Positions 1 through 9,796 of a stretch of 64,000 nt of DNA are shown here, piece after piece (the stretch's first letter is position 1; every line of letters begins with the position of its first letter). The position numbers were made by a program, and so were the translations under genes. The stretch is taken from assembly GCA_963826715.1 (NCBI GenBank), contig CAWGYA010000008.1, positions 672,001-736,000 of the forward strand, written 5' to 3'. Under the pieces are notes generated by a model. It did not search any database, was not told the origin of the DNA, and saw only the letters and a list, made by a program, of their open reading frames with translations. This DNA is from Candidatus Bathyarchaeota archaeon (GTDB lineage Archaea > Thermoproteota > Bathyarchaeia > Bathyarchaeales > Bathycorpusculaceae).

Positions 1-417
1 TATTCGTAATGTAGATACAGCCCCAAAGCCAAGGAGGGTAAGTTTTACCCATAATAGCCACGATCCAAAAATGTAGGTCAAGAGTACGCCTAGCCCTATA
101 AAGCCGATCCAAATGAGCCAACAATAAAATGTCATGCCTGATGTTCGTCGTGCATTAAAAATTGGGTCGTTTTTGAGTACAACCTTACTTACCAAGGCAT
201 CTGATAGGATGGAAATTACGAAAACCGTTATGCCTAATACGGATACATTTAGTATCTGGGTCAGGGTTGTTGAATAGGCGGCTAAACTGACTCCTATAAG
301 GCAAATTAGGGCTACATAAAACAGACTGTGTTTATAGGATGGAAGCAAAAATAAAGATGAGTAATGCTTCTTTGCACTATCCATAGAATGACTTAGAGAA
401 TGGTCAGGCTCCTCCAT
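1..417 (-). CDS. Multi-pass membrane protein, probably DUF2070 family (5' part only; runs off the window edge)
   Basis: Translated by hand from ATG at 417: MEEPDHSLSHSMDSAKKHYSSLFLLPSYKHSLFYVALICLIG...; open to position 1 with several hydrophobic helices. Family is from recalled similarity and proximity to Sec61beta. Confidence 0.6.
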   Translation of the reverse strand, partial: MEEPDHSLSHSMDSAKKHYSSLFLLPSYKHSLFYVALICLIGVSLAAYSTTLTQILNVSVLGITVFVISILSDALVSKVVLKNDPIFNARRTSGMTFYCWLIWIGFIGLGVLLTYIFGSWLLWVKLTLLGFGAVSTLRI

Positions 418-650
418 TTTGCGTCTCTTCTATGGAAGAGAATTGCCTTATTAATATTTAGCTAAAAAAAGCTTGCTATAAAATACAGAATTTTCTATAA
501 CCCCGAAGAGAAAGTACCCTGTTTTAGCAGAAATAAAGCAATTAAAAGGGCAAAACAACAATCAGGTATGTCTAAATTGAAGAATTCAACATACTTTAGA
601 AAGGGAATTGTTTTATCGCCATAAGTCCAATCATAATAGTTTGCGAGACT

Positions 651-953
651 ATGCCAGACAGAGAATTGCCACCTTCAATCTTTCATATGCTTGAACGCAA
701 CGTGGGCAAAAAGATCCGAGTTGTCATAGATCCAGCCTACGGGTTTGAAGGTACATTAGCTGCAGTGACACACGAACCGTCGGGGATATGGCTTTCCGAC
801 GCAGAAGCTGTTGTGCTTCGTTCGACTATAGCGCAGCCTATTCCGCAGGTGGCTAGCCGAGAAGAAAGAAGCGAACTTTTCTTGCACCTAAACTCAGTTC
901 AGAGGTTAGAAGTGCTCCATTTAACGCCGTCTAGAAGACAAAGCGACGTTTAA
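651..953 (+). CDS. Divergent Sm/LSm-fold protein
   Basis: N-terminal helix then GKKIRVVI...FEGTL...IWLSDAE...ELFLHLNSVQRLEV follows the Sm1/Sm2 strand pattern. Confidence 0.6.
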   Translation: MPDRELPPSIFHMLERNVGKKIRVVIDPAYGFEGTLAAVTHEPSGIWLSDAEAVVLRSTIAQPIPQVASREERSELFLHLNSVQRLEVLHLTPSRRQSDV

Positions 954-1135
954 AAGAAGATTTTAGCCAGCGCGGAAACAACAATCAAAGTCACAGCTAA
1001 CCCAACAAGGAGTTCAGGTCGGACTTTGATACCTTCGGTTTCTTCCTCGAAGAACCTCAGTAACCCAGCGCTTGCAGCGGGCATTGGACCAGTATCTTTT
1101 TTTCGTTTTCTCATACCCATAAAGGTCGTATCCAA
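950..1135 (-). CDS. secG: Preprotein translocase subunit Sec61beta
   Basis: AGLLRFFEEETEGIKVRPELLV plus one C-terminal TM helix. The real start is probably the ATG near 1120. Confidence 0.9.
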   Translation of the reverse strand: MDTTFMGMRKRKKDTGPMPAASAGLLRFFEEETEGIKVRPELLVGLAVTLIVVSALAKIFF

Positions 1136-1506
1136 AGATGTTAATGAAGCCTAATACGGGCTTAAACTAATTAATGTTATGCCAAAACTAAGGCGCCCTT
1201 TTAGAATATATGCGAAAAATAGAGGTCCTATTTATTCATGAGAGACGAAAGATAAGAACAAAAGTCACTAGAGATATCTAACAACTCTCTGGGTATAAAA
1301 ACCATCATAAAGAGAACCTGTTAATGTGAACTCAGCAGAAACTAAAACGCATATTAGAAGGTTGATGCTTTGCCTACTCTCGATCGACATACCAAATTTT
1401 TCCAATGATAAGAAATAGTTATTCCTAAGCTACATTTTTTGTATACAAAAGCATCAACCAAAACATAGAAAAACATTGATTACAGCCTTTAATACTTCTA
1501 AAGAAT

Positions 1507-1806
1507 GTGGTGAATTCAGTGCAGATAAGGGATTTCCAAGATATGATGAAGAAGCTTTACTTTAAGCGTGACATCGAACGCGGAATCGAAGGCACCTTCA
1601 ATTGGCTGGTTGACGAAGTAGCAGAACTTGGTGAGGAACTTAAAGGTAACGACCGCAGGGCAACCGAAGCAGAATTTGCTGACATCATCGCCTGGCTTGC
1701 ATCATTGGCTAATATCATAGGAATCGATTTGGAGAAAGCTGCACTCGCAAAATACCCCAATAGATGCCCCAAGTGCCAGCAAAATCCTTGTTATTGTTCC
1801 TTTTAG
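1507..1806 (+). CDS. MazG-like nucleotide pyrophosphohydrolase
   Basis: WLVDEVAELGEEL...EFADIIAWLASLAN motif and a C-terminal CPKC-x3-CYC. Confidence 0.85.
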   Translation: MVNSVQIRDFQDMMKKLYFKRDIERGIEGTFNWLVDEVAELGEELKGNDRRATEAEFADIIAWLASLANIIGIDLEKAALAKYPNRCPKCQQNPCYCSF

Positions 1807-2063
1807 TTCAAACGCTTCTGCCCCAACCCTGTAGAAAGCCAAATGTAACGGTATTTACCCTTACGCTCAATAAGTCCTTCACAACACAGAAGCCGCAGAT
1901 GATGCATCGCCACCCCATAGGATAAACCGCATTGTGCCGCAAGCTTGGCAGCATTGAAAGCCTGTACATCAAGTAACGACAGAATTTTGGTTCGAGTCGA
2001 GAGTCCACTATATACGTTACGAATACTTTTCAGGTAAGCATTGGGGTGCCAAGTTTCCTTTAT
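1803..2063 (-). CDS. Small ArsR-like winged-helix protein (not in the ORF track; no canonical start codon)
   Basis: Hand translation: (I)KETWHPNAYLKSIRNVYSGLSTRTKILSLLDVQAFNAAKLAAQCGLSYGVAMHHLRLLCCEGLIERKGKYRYIWLSTGLGQKRLN*. A GGTGA SD-like motif precedes ATA at 2063. Confidence 0.7.
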   Translation of the reverse strand: MKETWHPNAYLKSIRNVYSGLSTRTKILSLLDVQAFNAAKLAAQCGLSYGVAMHHLRLLCCEGLIERKGKYRYIWLSTGLGQKRLN

Positions 2064-2111
2064 TTTTATTCACCCAATAGATGTTTGTGTAGTTAAGGTA
2101 GAAATAGTTAG

Positions 2112-5100
2112 CTATTTAAAATCCAAAAGAGTTGACTGTTTAGGTTTTTTGTTGTCAAACATTAATGTGAGTTCTTCCTTTATTAGATCCATACGCTGGG
2201 TGTAATATTTGGGCAAACCGTACTTGTCAACTAGCTGCTGAGCCGCTACCAGATACTTCTCAATTCCACCGCGATAAACGGTCAAAGAAAGTTTGCCGCT
2301 GCATGAAGGACATTTCCCCACAAGAGGCAGCCGACGAAATTTTCTATTACAAGCTTTACATCGAAACCCCTGCGTAGAAAAAGCACGCATGTTTCCTGCA
2401 ATGTCACGCATGAAGTGAGTATTGAGAACTTTAAGCGCTACACTTTTTGCGCTTACGGCATCGATTTTTTCTCCTAACTCCAATTGCATGTGAAGCTTGT
2501 CTATCATGGATTTGAATTCTTTGTAGCTGCTGTTAGCGTTACCCAAATTAATGTTGGTACAAGGCGTAGTATATTGAAAACCTTCAAATTGCGCCTCCGT
2601 TCCCAAACGATGACTGATGGTATCCATAAATGCACTCACTGGTCTGGCTTCGCCTTTATCCCAGGTTTTGAGGAAGAATTCAAGAGGGTAACTGCTACTG
2701 ACGTCAAAGTCATGAGCTTGCCGCTGAACCTCTTTAGTGTTACAGACCGGAATCAACAAAATCGGCGCATCCATAATACCACCAATCTGGGCTGGCAAAA
2801 AAACCCGGGAAAAATTAAGCAAAGTATCGAGCCCAAGCATAATGGCATCTTCGTCCCCGTCACAGTCCCTTCGCTTGGCAGAGTGCCAAACAGGATGTGC
2901 GTAAATGACGTTTCGGTCAGTATAACCCACGACACGACCAAGAATACAAGCACAGGTGTGTGGAGCCAAACCAAAAATAAGATGTCCAACGAGGTCATCA
3001 GCTTTTTTGAAGCTGTAATAGGGTTGTTGTTTGTAAACGCGAGTTAGTAGATCATCGATGAAAGCAGCTATTTGTAAAAAATACTCGCCAGCGGTCCAGG
3101 GAATAACAACGTCTTGGATTTTAAGTTCGCAAACCTGGTTGGGATCAGTTAATGGCAAACCATGTGTATCGGCTATGTAACCCATCTGATGCATCTTTTC
3201 GATCGAGACACCGATTTCTGCTGGCGTAATGTGAGTGAGCGGAGCATTTGTGGCATCAAAACGTATTGTGCCGTCCTTGTAAACGGATAAACCATACTTA
3301 GCACGCAAGATACCTTTCTCTAACATTTCAGGGGTCTTGTCAAGATTAGTTAAGCCCTTAACACCCCGCAGCATCTTAGGCGCGGAGTAACCCACCGAAA
3401 TGCTGGCGTTATTAATTAGCTCCTTGAAGTTAACGGGTTGACGTTGATATAATACAGCGTTTGATTTACAAGAGCCACAGTAAGCATCTTTAAGAGTTCT
3501 ACCGCATCGAGGGCAAACTTTCTCAGGAAATGTCGGTCCCCCGCAGATTTCACATAGGACTTTCCGAGTATAAGTTTTACACTCTTGGCACTTACGTTTA
3601 ACCATCTCCACAAAAACTGGACCTTTCTTGACCGCTTCCATAAGGTCACGGTGAGAACCTCCAGCTAAACTAACGGGAAAAAGAACGTGCACATTAGGTT
3701 TCATTTCTCTATGCTTAGCCTTTTCAGGCCTACCCATTCGTCCACCAATGTAGGTTGGTGCTTTATCTTTAATCACTACACCCGACAACACACTAAGAAG
3801 CTCCAAAACGGATGTTACCTGCATAGGCTGAGTAAAACGTGTTGTACCATAACCTAATGTGAACGCTAACGCAGTTGCTTCTGGGTCCACCAAAACAGCT
3901 TTGCCTTCAACTATTTTATGGGGAACAAAAATCTTGCGCAGAACCTTCACCGCTTCGCCGTTAGCTTCACCTATAATTTTAGAAACATACCCCTCCTGCA
4001 AAGTCACATCACAGCAACCCAGCCACTTCTGCAGGCATTCAATATCCTCAAAGGTAGGTGTTCCCGTCCAGAAGAACGTGCTACTAGGCGCTAGGGGTAT
4101 TTTCAAGGTTTGGCTAAGAACTGCGGCTTCTTTAGTTGTAGGTTTGTTTTTGAAAGGGTCACAGATAAATCCCTCGAGTTTGTCATATGGAAGATTGCAT
4201 GCTTCCGCAGCTTTTTGAGTATCACCACTGAACTTGGCTAAAACGGCGTTTTGAAGATCTTTACTCCACCATTCCTCCACGTATCCAGAGGGCGGAAGCG
4301 CCTTGTTACTGTAAAGGAAATCGCCGAAGTCAATCAAAATGTCACCTAAGAATAGGATTTTCTGGATTTTGCCCTTAACTTCTGAAAAATTTTCCAAAGA
4401 AACCCGAACCACTGAACCATCCTTGAGCAATACCACGGGTTTCTCAATGCTATCGACGGGCATGGTGACGCCGCCTTTGCCAGGCAACTCAAGACGCATT
4501 TGGGTACCTGCGGCTAGAAAATTCTCCACCACAAGCATGGTGGCTGGGTGTATGCCCACTGCGGAAAGCCCTGTGTTGCGAGATCTGCCGTATCTGAGTC
4601 GGAAACCACCACGGGTTGAGGGAAACGCGAAAATGGGGCGTCCAGCAATAACGTCATCCATGAATCCGCCTGATTTCTTCTCTGATTTTTTCTTAAAACT
4701 CTTGAGCCATTCCCAACCAGAAAAGCCCAGTTTATCAATTATCACATAAACTTTTTGTGCCCGTCCAACAATCCCGTCATTAATAACTCGCAAAGCGCCG
4801 CCACGAACACGGTTTGTTTCCACCCTCTCCAAGTTGCGGTATGAGGAAACCTCAACTGGGTCAGATTCAGTACCTGTACACTCTACGGGCACCAAATTGA
4901 GTGCTTTACGTAGTTCCACATCTGGGATGTGATATTGAAAGCGTCCTACAGAGCGTTCATATAGCCTTAGTTCTTCTACAAAACGGGAGATTTCCTCCTC
5001 TGTGGGCTTGTATACATCTAAACCTAATTCACGACGGACATAGTCGCCGACGACCAATGTTAAGGCTTGGTCAGTTCCACCTGCGGAGCGAATTGGACCA

Positions 5101-5534
5101 GCGAAGTAAACCCCCAGATAGCATGTTTGATCAGCGTTCTTTTTGATTTTGACTTGTGCTATGCCCTGGATTGGTGCGGCAGTTAAACCTTCAGTAAAGA
5201 TAGCCAATGCCGTGCGAATAGCCTGCTCGGCTAGCTTCTCTGGATCTTTCTCTTCTTCAGTTTGAGCAAATTTACCTTGAGCAATTTCCTGTGCTGCTTT
5301 AAAGGCGATCTCTTCACGTGGCAGCATCTTGCTTAATTCTCTGATGCTGACTGCGACGCCTTTGGGTCCAACTAATCCTTCTACCAAATCAGCAATGTCC
5401 TTTGCAATAATGCATTCAGTTTTAAGAGACGGATCTAAGCCATTAGATCTAGCGCTATCGCTGATTTCGTAGATTTGTTTCAACTGGTTGTTTAAGGTAT
5501 CAATGTAGTTTTGGTAACCCTTACTGATGCTCAA
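2112..5534 (-). CDS. polC: DNA polymerase D large subunit DP2
   Basis: YFAGPIRSAGGT, GGFRLRYGRSRNTG, RRDCDGDED catalytic motif and Zn-finger Cys clusters; 1140 aa with no obvious intein. Confidence 0.98.
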   Translation of the reverse strand: MSISKGYQNYIDTLNNQLKQIYEISDSARSNGLDPSLKTECIIAKDIADLVEGLVGPKGVAVSIRELSKMLPREEIAFKAAQEIAQGKFAQTEEEKDPEKLAEQAIRTALAIFTEGLTAAPIQGIAQVKIKKNADQTCYLGVYFAGPIRSAGGTDQALTLVVGDYVRRELGLDVYKPTEEEISRFVEELRLYERSVGRFQYHIPDVELRKALNLVPVECTGTESDPVEVSSYRNLERVETNRVRGGALRVINDGIVGRAQKVYVIIDKLGFSGWEWLKSFKKKSEKKSGGFMDDVIAGRPIFAFPSTRGGFRLRYGRSRNTGLSAVGIHPATMLVVENFLAAGTQMRLELPGKGGVTMPVDSIEKPVVLLKDGSVVRVSLENFSEVKGKIQKILFLGDILIDFGDFLYSNKALPPSGYVEEWWSKDLQNAVLAKFSGDTQKAAEACNLPYDKLEGFICDPFKNKPTTKEAAVLSQTLKIPLAPSSTFFWTGTPTFEDIECLQKWLGCCDVTLQEGYVSKIIGEANGEAVKVLRKIFVPHKIVEGKAVLVDPEATALAFTLGYGTTRFTQPMQVTSVLELLSVLSGVVIKDKAPTYIGGRMGRPEKAKHREMKPNVHVLFPVSLAGGSHRDLMEAVKKGPVFVEMVKRKCQECKTYTRKVLCEICGGPTFPEKVCPRCGRTLKDAYCGSCKSNAVLYQRQPVNFKELINNASISVGYSAPKMLRGVKGLTNLDKTPEMLEKGILRAKYGLSVYKDGTIRFDATNAPLTHITPAEIGVSIEKMHQMGYIADTHGLPLTDPNQVCELKIQDVVIPWTAGEYFLQIAAFIDDLLTRVYKQQPYYSFKKADDLVGHLIFGLAPHTCACILGRVVGYTDRNVIYAHPVWHSAKRRDCDGDEDAIMLGLDTLLNFSRVFLPAQIGGIMDAPILLIPVCNTKEVQRQAHDFDVSSSYPLEFFLKTWDKGEARPVSAFMDTISHRLGTEAQFEGFQYTTPCTNINLGNANSSYKEFKSMIDKLHMQLELGEKIDAVSAKSVALKVLNTHFMRDIAGNMRAFSTQGFRCKACNRKFRRLPLVGKCPSCSGKLSLTVYRGGIEKYLVAAQQLVDKYGLPKYYTQRMDLIKEELTLMFDNKKPKQSTLLDFK

Positions 5535-5657
5535 AGCGACCTTTCACAGCCATGATATTCGGTATAGGGTTATTTTGGTTTTCCTTAAATCAAATGAAAA
5601 TACTACGAGAACCCCAAGAACAGATGTTTTTAGACAATAAAATAGTAGCCTTTTTGC

Positions 5658-5921
5658 TTATTCGGGCTTGGTTACAGGTGTTCTTTTCTGGCTGCCATAA
5701 ACACTGTCAGTGAGCATGCAATAAACGTCCACTTCGCCCTGCGCAGATCGAATCGTGAATTCTTCTTTGAGCCCACAACTGCTGCATTGAGCAACGGAGC
5801 GTCCTCCTTCTTCACGGAATATTTCCACGCGCACAGTTTCTTTTCCGCATGTCGGGCAAGAGAAGAATTTAGGTAAACGCTTCTTTGGAATATGAACAAC
5901 TTTTTTCCTTCTTCGCCCCAT
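5658..5921 (-). CDS. elf1: Transcription elongation factor Elf1
   Basis: MGRRRKK...LPKFFSCPTCG...CSSCG...VDVYC zinc-ribbon pattern. Confidence 0.9.
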   Translation of the reverse strand: MGRRRKKVVHIPKKRLPKFFSCPTCGKETVRVEIFREEGGRSVAQCSSCGLKEEFTIRSAQGEVDVYCMLTDSVYGSQKRTPVTKPE

Positions 5922-6018
5922 ACAATAACCTTCTAAAGTGTCCCGTAACGGTGATTAATATTTATACTTGTCCTTAAATACTTGCCTACCAACGTTGACA
6001 ATGAGGCTGCGTAAAACT

Positions 6019-6861
6019 GTGAAGTTAACGCCCACTGTATTAGATATGGATTTTTCGATGATAGAAAAAAGAATCTGCCGTTTCATAAAAGAATATGTTG
6101 AAAACGCAGGCGCCAGCGGGATTGTTTTAGGGCTCAGTGGGGGGGTGGACAGCGCAACCATAGCGGCACTGTCAAGCAAAGCCCTCAACGGCAACCATGT
6201 TATTGCACTTATGCTTCCCGAAAATGAAACCCAAAAACAAAAAGACATCGAAGATGCCAAAACAGTCGCTGACCTATTTGGAATACAAACTCAGGTCTGT
6301 GACATGACTGCTGCGGTTGAAAATATCTACGAAAGCATCCCTATCTTCGACTCTACAGATAGGCTTTGCAAAGGAAACATCAAAGCGCGAACCCGCATGA
6401 TTTTCCTCTACTACTACTCCAACAAACAAAACTGCATAGTCTGCGGCAGCTCCGACAAATCCGAAACCATGATGGGTTACTTTACCAAGTGGGGTGACGC
6501 TGCAGCCGATATCGCTCCAATCATTGACCTTTACAAAAGTCAAGTTCGCATGCTAGCCGTGCATATGGGCATACCTAAGGAGATAGCCTACAAACCTTCC
6601 ACGCCCGGGCTTTGGCCCGGCCAGCTAGCGGAGTCGGAGTTGCAAATAAAATATGAAACCCTCGATCTGATTCTCTTTGGGTTAGAACACTTTCTGTCAC
6701 CAGAGGATATTGCCGAGCAACTCGGCATAGAACAAACAGTCGTGAACCGAATTAGGAGCCGCTGGTTAGCTCAAGAACACAAACGCCGTCTTCCACTGGC
6801 ATCGAAACTAGGGTTTCGAACGGTCACAAACGATTTTAGACTCCCAAGACACACCTACTAG
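6019..6861 (+). CDS. nadE: NH3-dependent NAD+ synthetase
   Basis: LGLSGGVDS PP-loop, GNIKARTRM, GYFTKWGD. The ORF is open from 5968; GTG at 6019 is a plausible start. Confidence 0.95.
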   Translation: MKLTPTVLDMDFSMIEKRICRFIKEYVENAGASGIVLGLSGGVDSATIAALSSKALNGNHVIALMLPENETQKQKDIEDAKTVADLFGIQTQVCDMTAAVENIYESIPIFDSTDRLCKGNIKARTRMIFLYYYSNKQNCIVCGSSDKSETMMGYFTKWGDAAADIAPIIDLYKSQVRMLAVHMGIPKEIAYKPSTPGLWPGQLAESELQIKYETLDLILFGLEHFLSPEDIAEQLGIEQTVVNRIRSRWLAQEHKRRLPLASKLGFRTVTNDFRLPRHTY

Positions 6862-7704
6862 GTGGACACCATGAAGGACAAAGTTAAGTTGGCACTTTGC
6901 CAAATTAGTAGCGACCGAGAAAACAAAGAAGCGAACCTCCAAAAAATTGAGGCTTTAACTCGACGCGCTGAGCAGGAGGGGGCGGAAATTGCGATTTTTC
7001 CAGAAATGTCGCTTACTGGCTATGTACTCCATGACCAAGTTTACGAGCTATCTGAACCCATCCCAGGACCATCCGTTCAGCGGATAGAGGAATTGGCGAA
7101 AGATACAAAGCTACATATTATTTTTGGCATGCCAGAGCTCTCCGAAAAAGCCCAAGCCACCATATTTAATACCGCAGTATTAGTGGGTCCTGAAGGTTTC
7201 ATCGGCAAATACCGCAAAATGTATCTACCAACCCACAGTGTCTTTGAGGAAAAACGCTACTTCCGACCCGGCTACAAACCTGCCGCGTTCCAAACCAAAT
7301 TAGGAAATATTGGTCTAACAATTTGTTATGATGTGTTCTTCCCTGAGGTATTTCGGCTGCCTCGACTGATGGGCGCCCAACTAATTGTCTGCATTTCTGC
7401 GTCGCCAGCGGTGCGACGAGCTTATTTTGAAATCCTCACAGCTGCCCGTGCTTTGGAGAATACGGCGTATTTGGCTTATGTGAACCTTGCTGGAGTGCAA
7501 GATGGTTTGCAGTTTTGGGGCGGAAGCCGCCTAATCAACGCAACAGGGGATGTTTTAGCTCGAGCAAAATATGATGAGGAAGATTTTGTGGTTTGCGAAG
7601 CGGATTTTTCGGATTTACGGGCTTCTGAAGCCTTTATTCCGACGCTGCGGGATTTGCGCCCTGAGCTTTATCGAAAGCTTAGAAAGCTTTCAGAGAAATT
7701 TTAG
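6862..7704 (+). CDS. Carbon-nitrogen hydrolase (nitrilase superfamily)
   Basis: Catalytic triad motifs FPEM, YRKMYL and ICYDVFFPE. Confidence 0.92.
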   Translation: MDTMKDKVKLALCQISSDRENKEANLQKIEALTRRAEQEGAEIAIFPEMSLTGYVLHDQVYELSEPIPGPSVQRIEELAKDTKLHIIFGMPELSEKAQATIFNTAVLVGPEGFIGKYRKMYLPTHSVFEEKRYFRPGYKPAAFQTKLGNIGLTICYDVFFPEVFRLPRLMGAQLIVCISASPAVRRAYFEILTAARALENTAYLAYVNLAGVQDGLQFWGGSRLINATGDVLARAKYDEEDFVVCEADFSDLRASEAFIPTLRDLRPELYRKLRKLSEKF

Positions 7705-7708
7705 AAGT

Positions 7709-7843
7709 ATCACATATAAACTTGGCTATTGGTGTTTGATGTCACAGGTGCATCACAAAGCTGTGATACTGATAGATTTATTGAAAATCACGGTGATTTG
7801 ACTGTGAGGAGTGACGTCACGGATCGTTTTTTTATGTCTCACA
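7709..7843. repeat. Cluster A of GTGAY/RTCAC motifs and palindromes (putative protein-binding array)
   Basis: ATCACA 7709, GTCACA 7741, ATCACA 7752, TGTGAT 7762, palindrome AAATCACGGTGATTT 7785-7799, palindrome GTGACGTCAC 7811-7820. Confidence 0.75.
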
Positions 7844-8189
7844 GATTTTTTTAAAAGTTTATGTTGCTTTGAAGCGGGTTTGCCGCTAAAAAAATGTGTT
7901 TTATTTACATAAGGTTGTAAAAAGTGCGCGTTTGCCTTTTTGACTGTTTTAAAAAAGAGCATTATTCGTGTAAAGTTAATAATATTACTCCTTTGATTAA
8001 TCGTAGAATTTAGCGTTTTTTGTGTTAATCGCATCTAATTTTTGTCTAAATAGTAAATTAACGATTTTTCAGGTTTATTTTTATTTTTAGAGGTTAGATA
8101 AGAGCTTTATTTGGTAAGCATATTAGCTTTTTGAGGTCTGTAAAGGTTAAAAAGCTGAGTTAGTATACAAAAGTGTATCCATTTAATCT

Positions 8190-8687
8190 ATGGGAGAAAG
8201 CATAAGTTTGAAGCTAAAAGACGGTGTAACAGCATGGTTAAACGGGGCATTAAACGACCCTATTGTCAAAATTCTGGCTAAAAACAGCCAATTAACAAAA
8301 ACGCAGCTTGAAACACTGCTTATTGATGTTTTGGCCGAAAATATATCGGGTAAACAGCTAAAGTACGATGATAAAGCCGCTTTAAGGTTAACAAGGGCTA
8401 AAATAAGTCGCGGTTCGTTTAATAGGACTTTAAAACAGTCCCGTGAAAACGTCATTAAGTCCATCTACACGGTGCTACTTTTGGGATATTTGGGAGTTTT
8501 TGAGACTACAACTCTTGACCCGTACCTCGAAATAGCAAATAAACTGCACGAGTATGTGGAAGCACACCAGGATCTGCCTAACAAGGAGGAGGAGCTAAAA
8601 GACCACCTAAAAGTTATAGAAATCATCCGAGAAGAGCTAGAAACGAGCCTAAAGCGACTTTCTAGTCCCTCAGAAAAGCTTTTGTGA
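8190..8687 (+). CDS. Hypothetical protein with a probable HTH DNA-binding motif
   Basis: QLTKTQLETLL...KAALR...ISRGSFNRTLKQSREN resembles a sigma-r4/Tfx-type HTH; helical C-terminus. Confidence 0.7.
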   Translation: MGESISLKLKDGVTAWLNGALNDPIVKILAKNSQLTKTQLETLLIDVLAENISGKQLKYDDKAALRLTRAKISRGSFNRTLKQSRENVIKSIYTVLLLGYLGVFETTTLDPYLEIANKLHEYVEAHQDLPNKEEELKDHLKVIEIIREELETSLKRLSSPSEKLL

Positions 8688-8974
8688 CGTCACAAGTCAC
8701 AGTTTTTGCCATCATTTTTTACCTATTTTATGATGTTAAAAGCGCTCCTATAAAGCCTACAATTATCAAATATTTCTACAAAATAAGCTCTAATTGACGT
8801 TATTTTCCTCTTGGACAGGCAAGCATTAATGGGTAAGCGTTAAGATTGTGATGTGTGATGTCATGTTTGGATGTGATAATATCACCGTAAACCTTAAAAA
8901 TCCATGGGAATTATTGTGATGTGTGATGTAACCTTTAAAATCACGGTTAAGTCACAACTGAATCACATGGTGAT
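8682..8974. repeat. Cluster B of GTGAY motifs: palindromes plus a 17-bp direct repeat
   Basis: TTGTGACGTCACAA palindrome 8682-8695; ATTGTGATGTGTGATGT at 8845-8861 and 8913-8929; GTGAT-AAT-ATCAC 8873-8885; GTCACA 8696 and 8951; AATCACATGGTGAT 8961-8974. Confidence 0.85.
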
Positions 8975-8980
8975 GAGATC

Positions 8981-9757
8981 ATGGCTGACCTTACATGGGT
9001 AATCTTGGGGGTTTTGGTGGCTGTAACAGCGGTAGCTGCCTACGAATACTACAGGCAAATCCGTATGGCCCACAAAGAATACAGCAAAGCTCGCGATTTT
9101 ATTCAAGATATAGTGCTAAGTTTCAACCGTGAACTCAAACGAGAATCTAACCGCTTTGAATCCATGGTCGCGAAAGTCGATGGAAGCTACGTGTCAGCAG
9201 AATCCAGCTACAGAAAAGTCGAAAGCTTGGAGAAAAAAGTTGAACCCCTACAAGAGCAACTTAGCGTCCTAACCCAATCCTATCAGTCCTTGTCACAGAA
9301 CAGCTCAGAAACCAGCCAAAATAGCACCACCATACTCTCTGGGATAGAGGGGCTTGAATCCAAGCTTAAAGACATCGAAGCTACCCAAGAAACGTTGAGG
9401 AACAGAATCACCGGTTTCGAGGAGCAAATACAGAAACTCTCCATGGCTCAGCCTTCTGTTAAGCAGGCCGAATTGGAAGTTGTGCTGCCACCTATTCCCA
9501 TTAAACGAGATAAAGCCCTAGCCGCACTTACTGAAACGGAGATTGTGGTTTTGGAGATGCTCGTAAAAGAAGGCGCTAAAACAGCCCCTGAAATTAAAGA
9601 GCGGGTTAAGCTTAGTAGGGAACATACTGCTCGTCTTATGAAAAAGCTCTATGAGGAGGGCTACTTGGAGCGGGAAATTGGTAAGATTCCGTTCCGATAT
9701 AGCCTTAAAAAGGAAATGGAGTCCCTGCTTCAGAAAATCGAACCCTCAGTCGCATAA
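8981..9757 (+). CDS. Membrane-anchored coiled-coil protein with a C-terminal winged-helix domain
   Basis: N-terminal TM (WVILGVLVAVTAVAAY), long heptad-rich region, then LTETEIVVLEML...TAPEIKERVKLSREHTARLMKKLYEEGYLER wHTH. Confidence 0.85.
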   Translation: MADLTWVILGVLVAVTAVAAYEYYRQIRMAHKEYSKARDFIQDIVLSFNRELKRESNRFESMVAKVDGSYVSAESSYRKVESLEKKVEPLQEQLSVLTQSYQSLSQNSSETSQNSTTILSGIEGLESKLKDIEATQETLRNRITGFEEQIQKLSMAQPSVKQAELEVVLPPIPIKRDKALAALTETEIVVLEMLVKEGAKTAPEIKERVKLSREHTARLMKKLYEEGYLEREIGKIPFRYSLKKEMESLLQKIEPSVA

Positions 9758-9796
9758 AAATAGGTTGATTTTCACATTTTATGAAGAGTTGAGAAC

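Noticed and set aside
1808-2008. 66-aa ORF from the ORF track
   Set aside because: An overlapping frame on the same strand encodes a recognisable winged-helix protein.
7753-8034. 93-aa minus-strand ORF
   Set aside because: Low-complexity translation of an AT-rich spacer that overlaps the motif array; no recognisable motif.
8845-8929. 17-bp direct repeat as a CRISPR array
   Set aside because: Only two copies, shorter than CRISPR repeats, made of internal TGTGA units, and no cas genes in the window.
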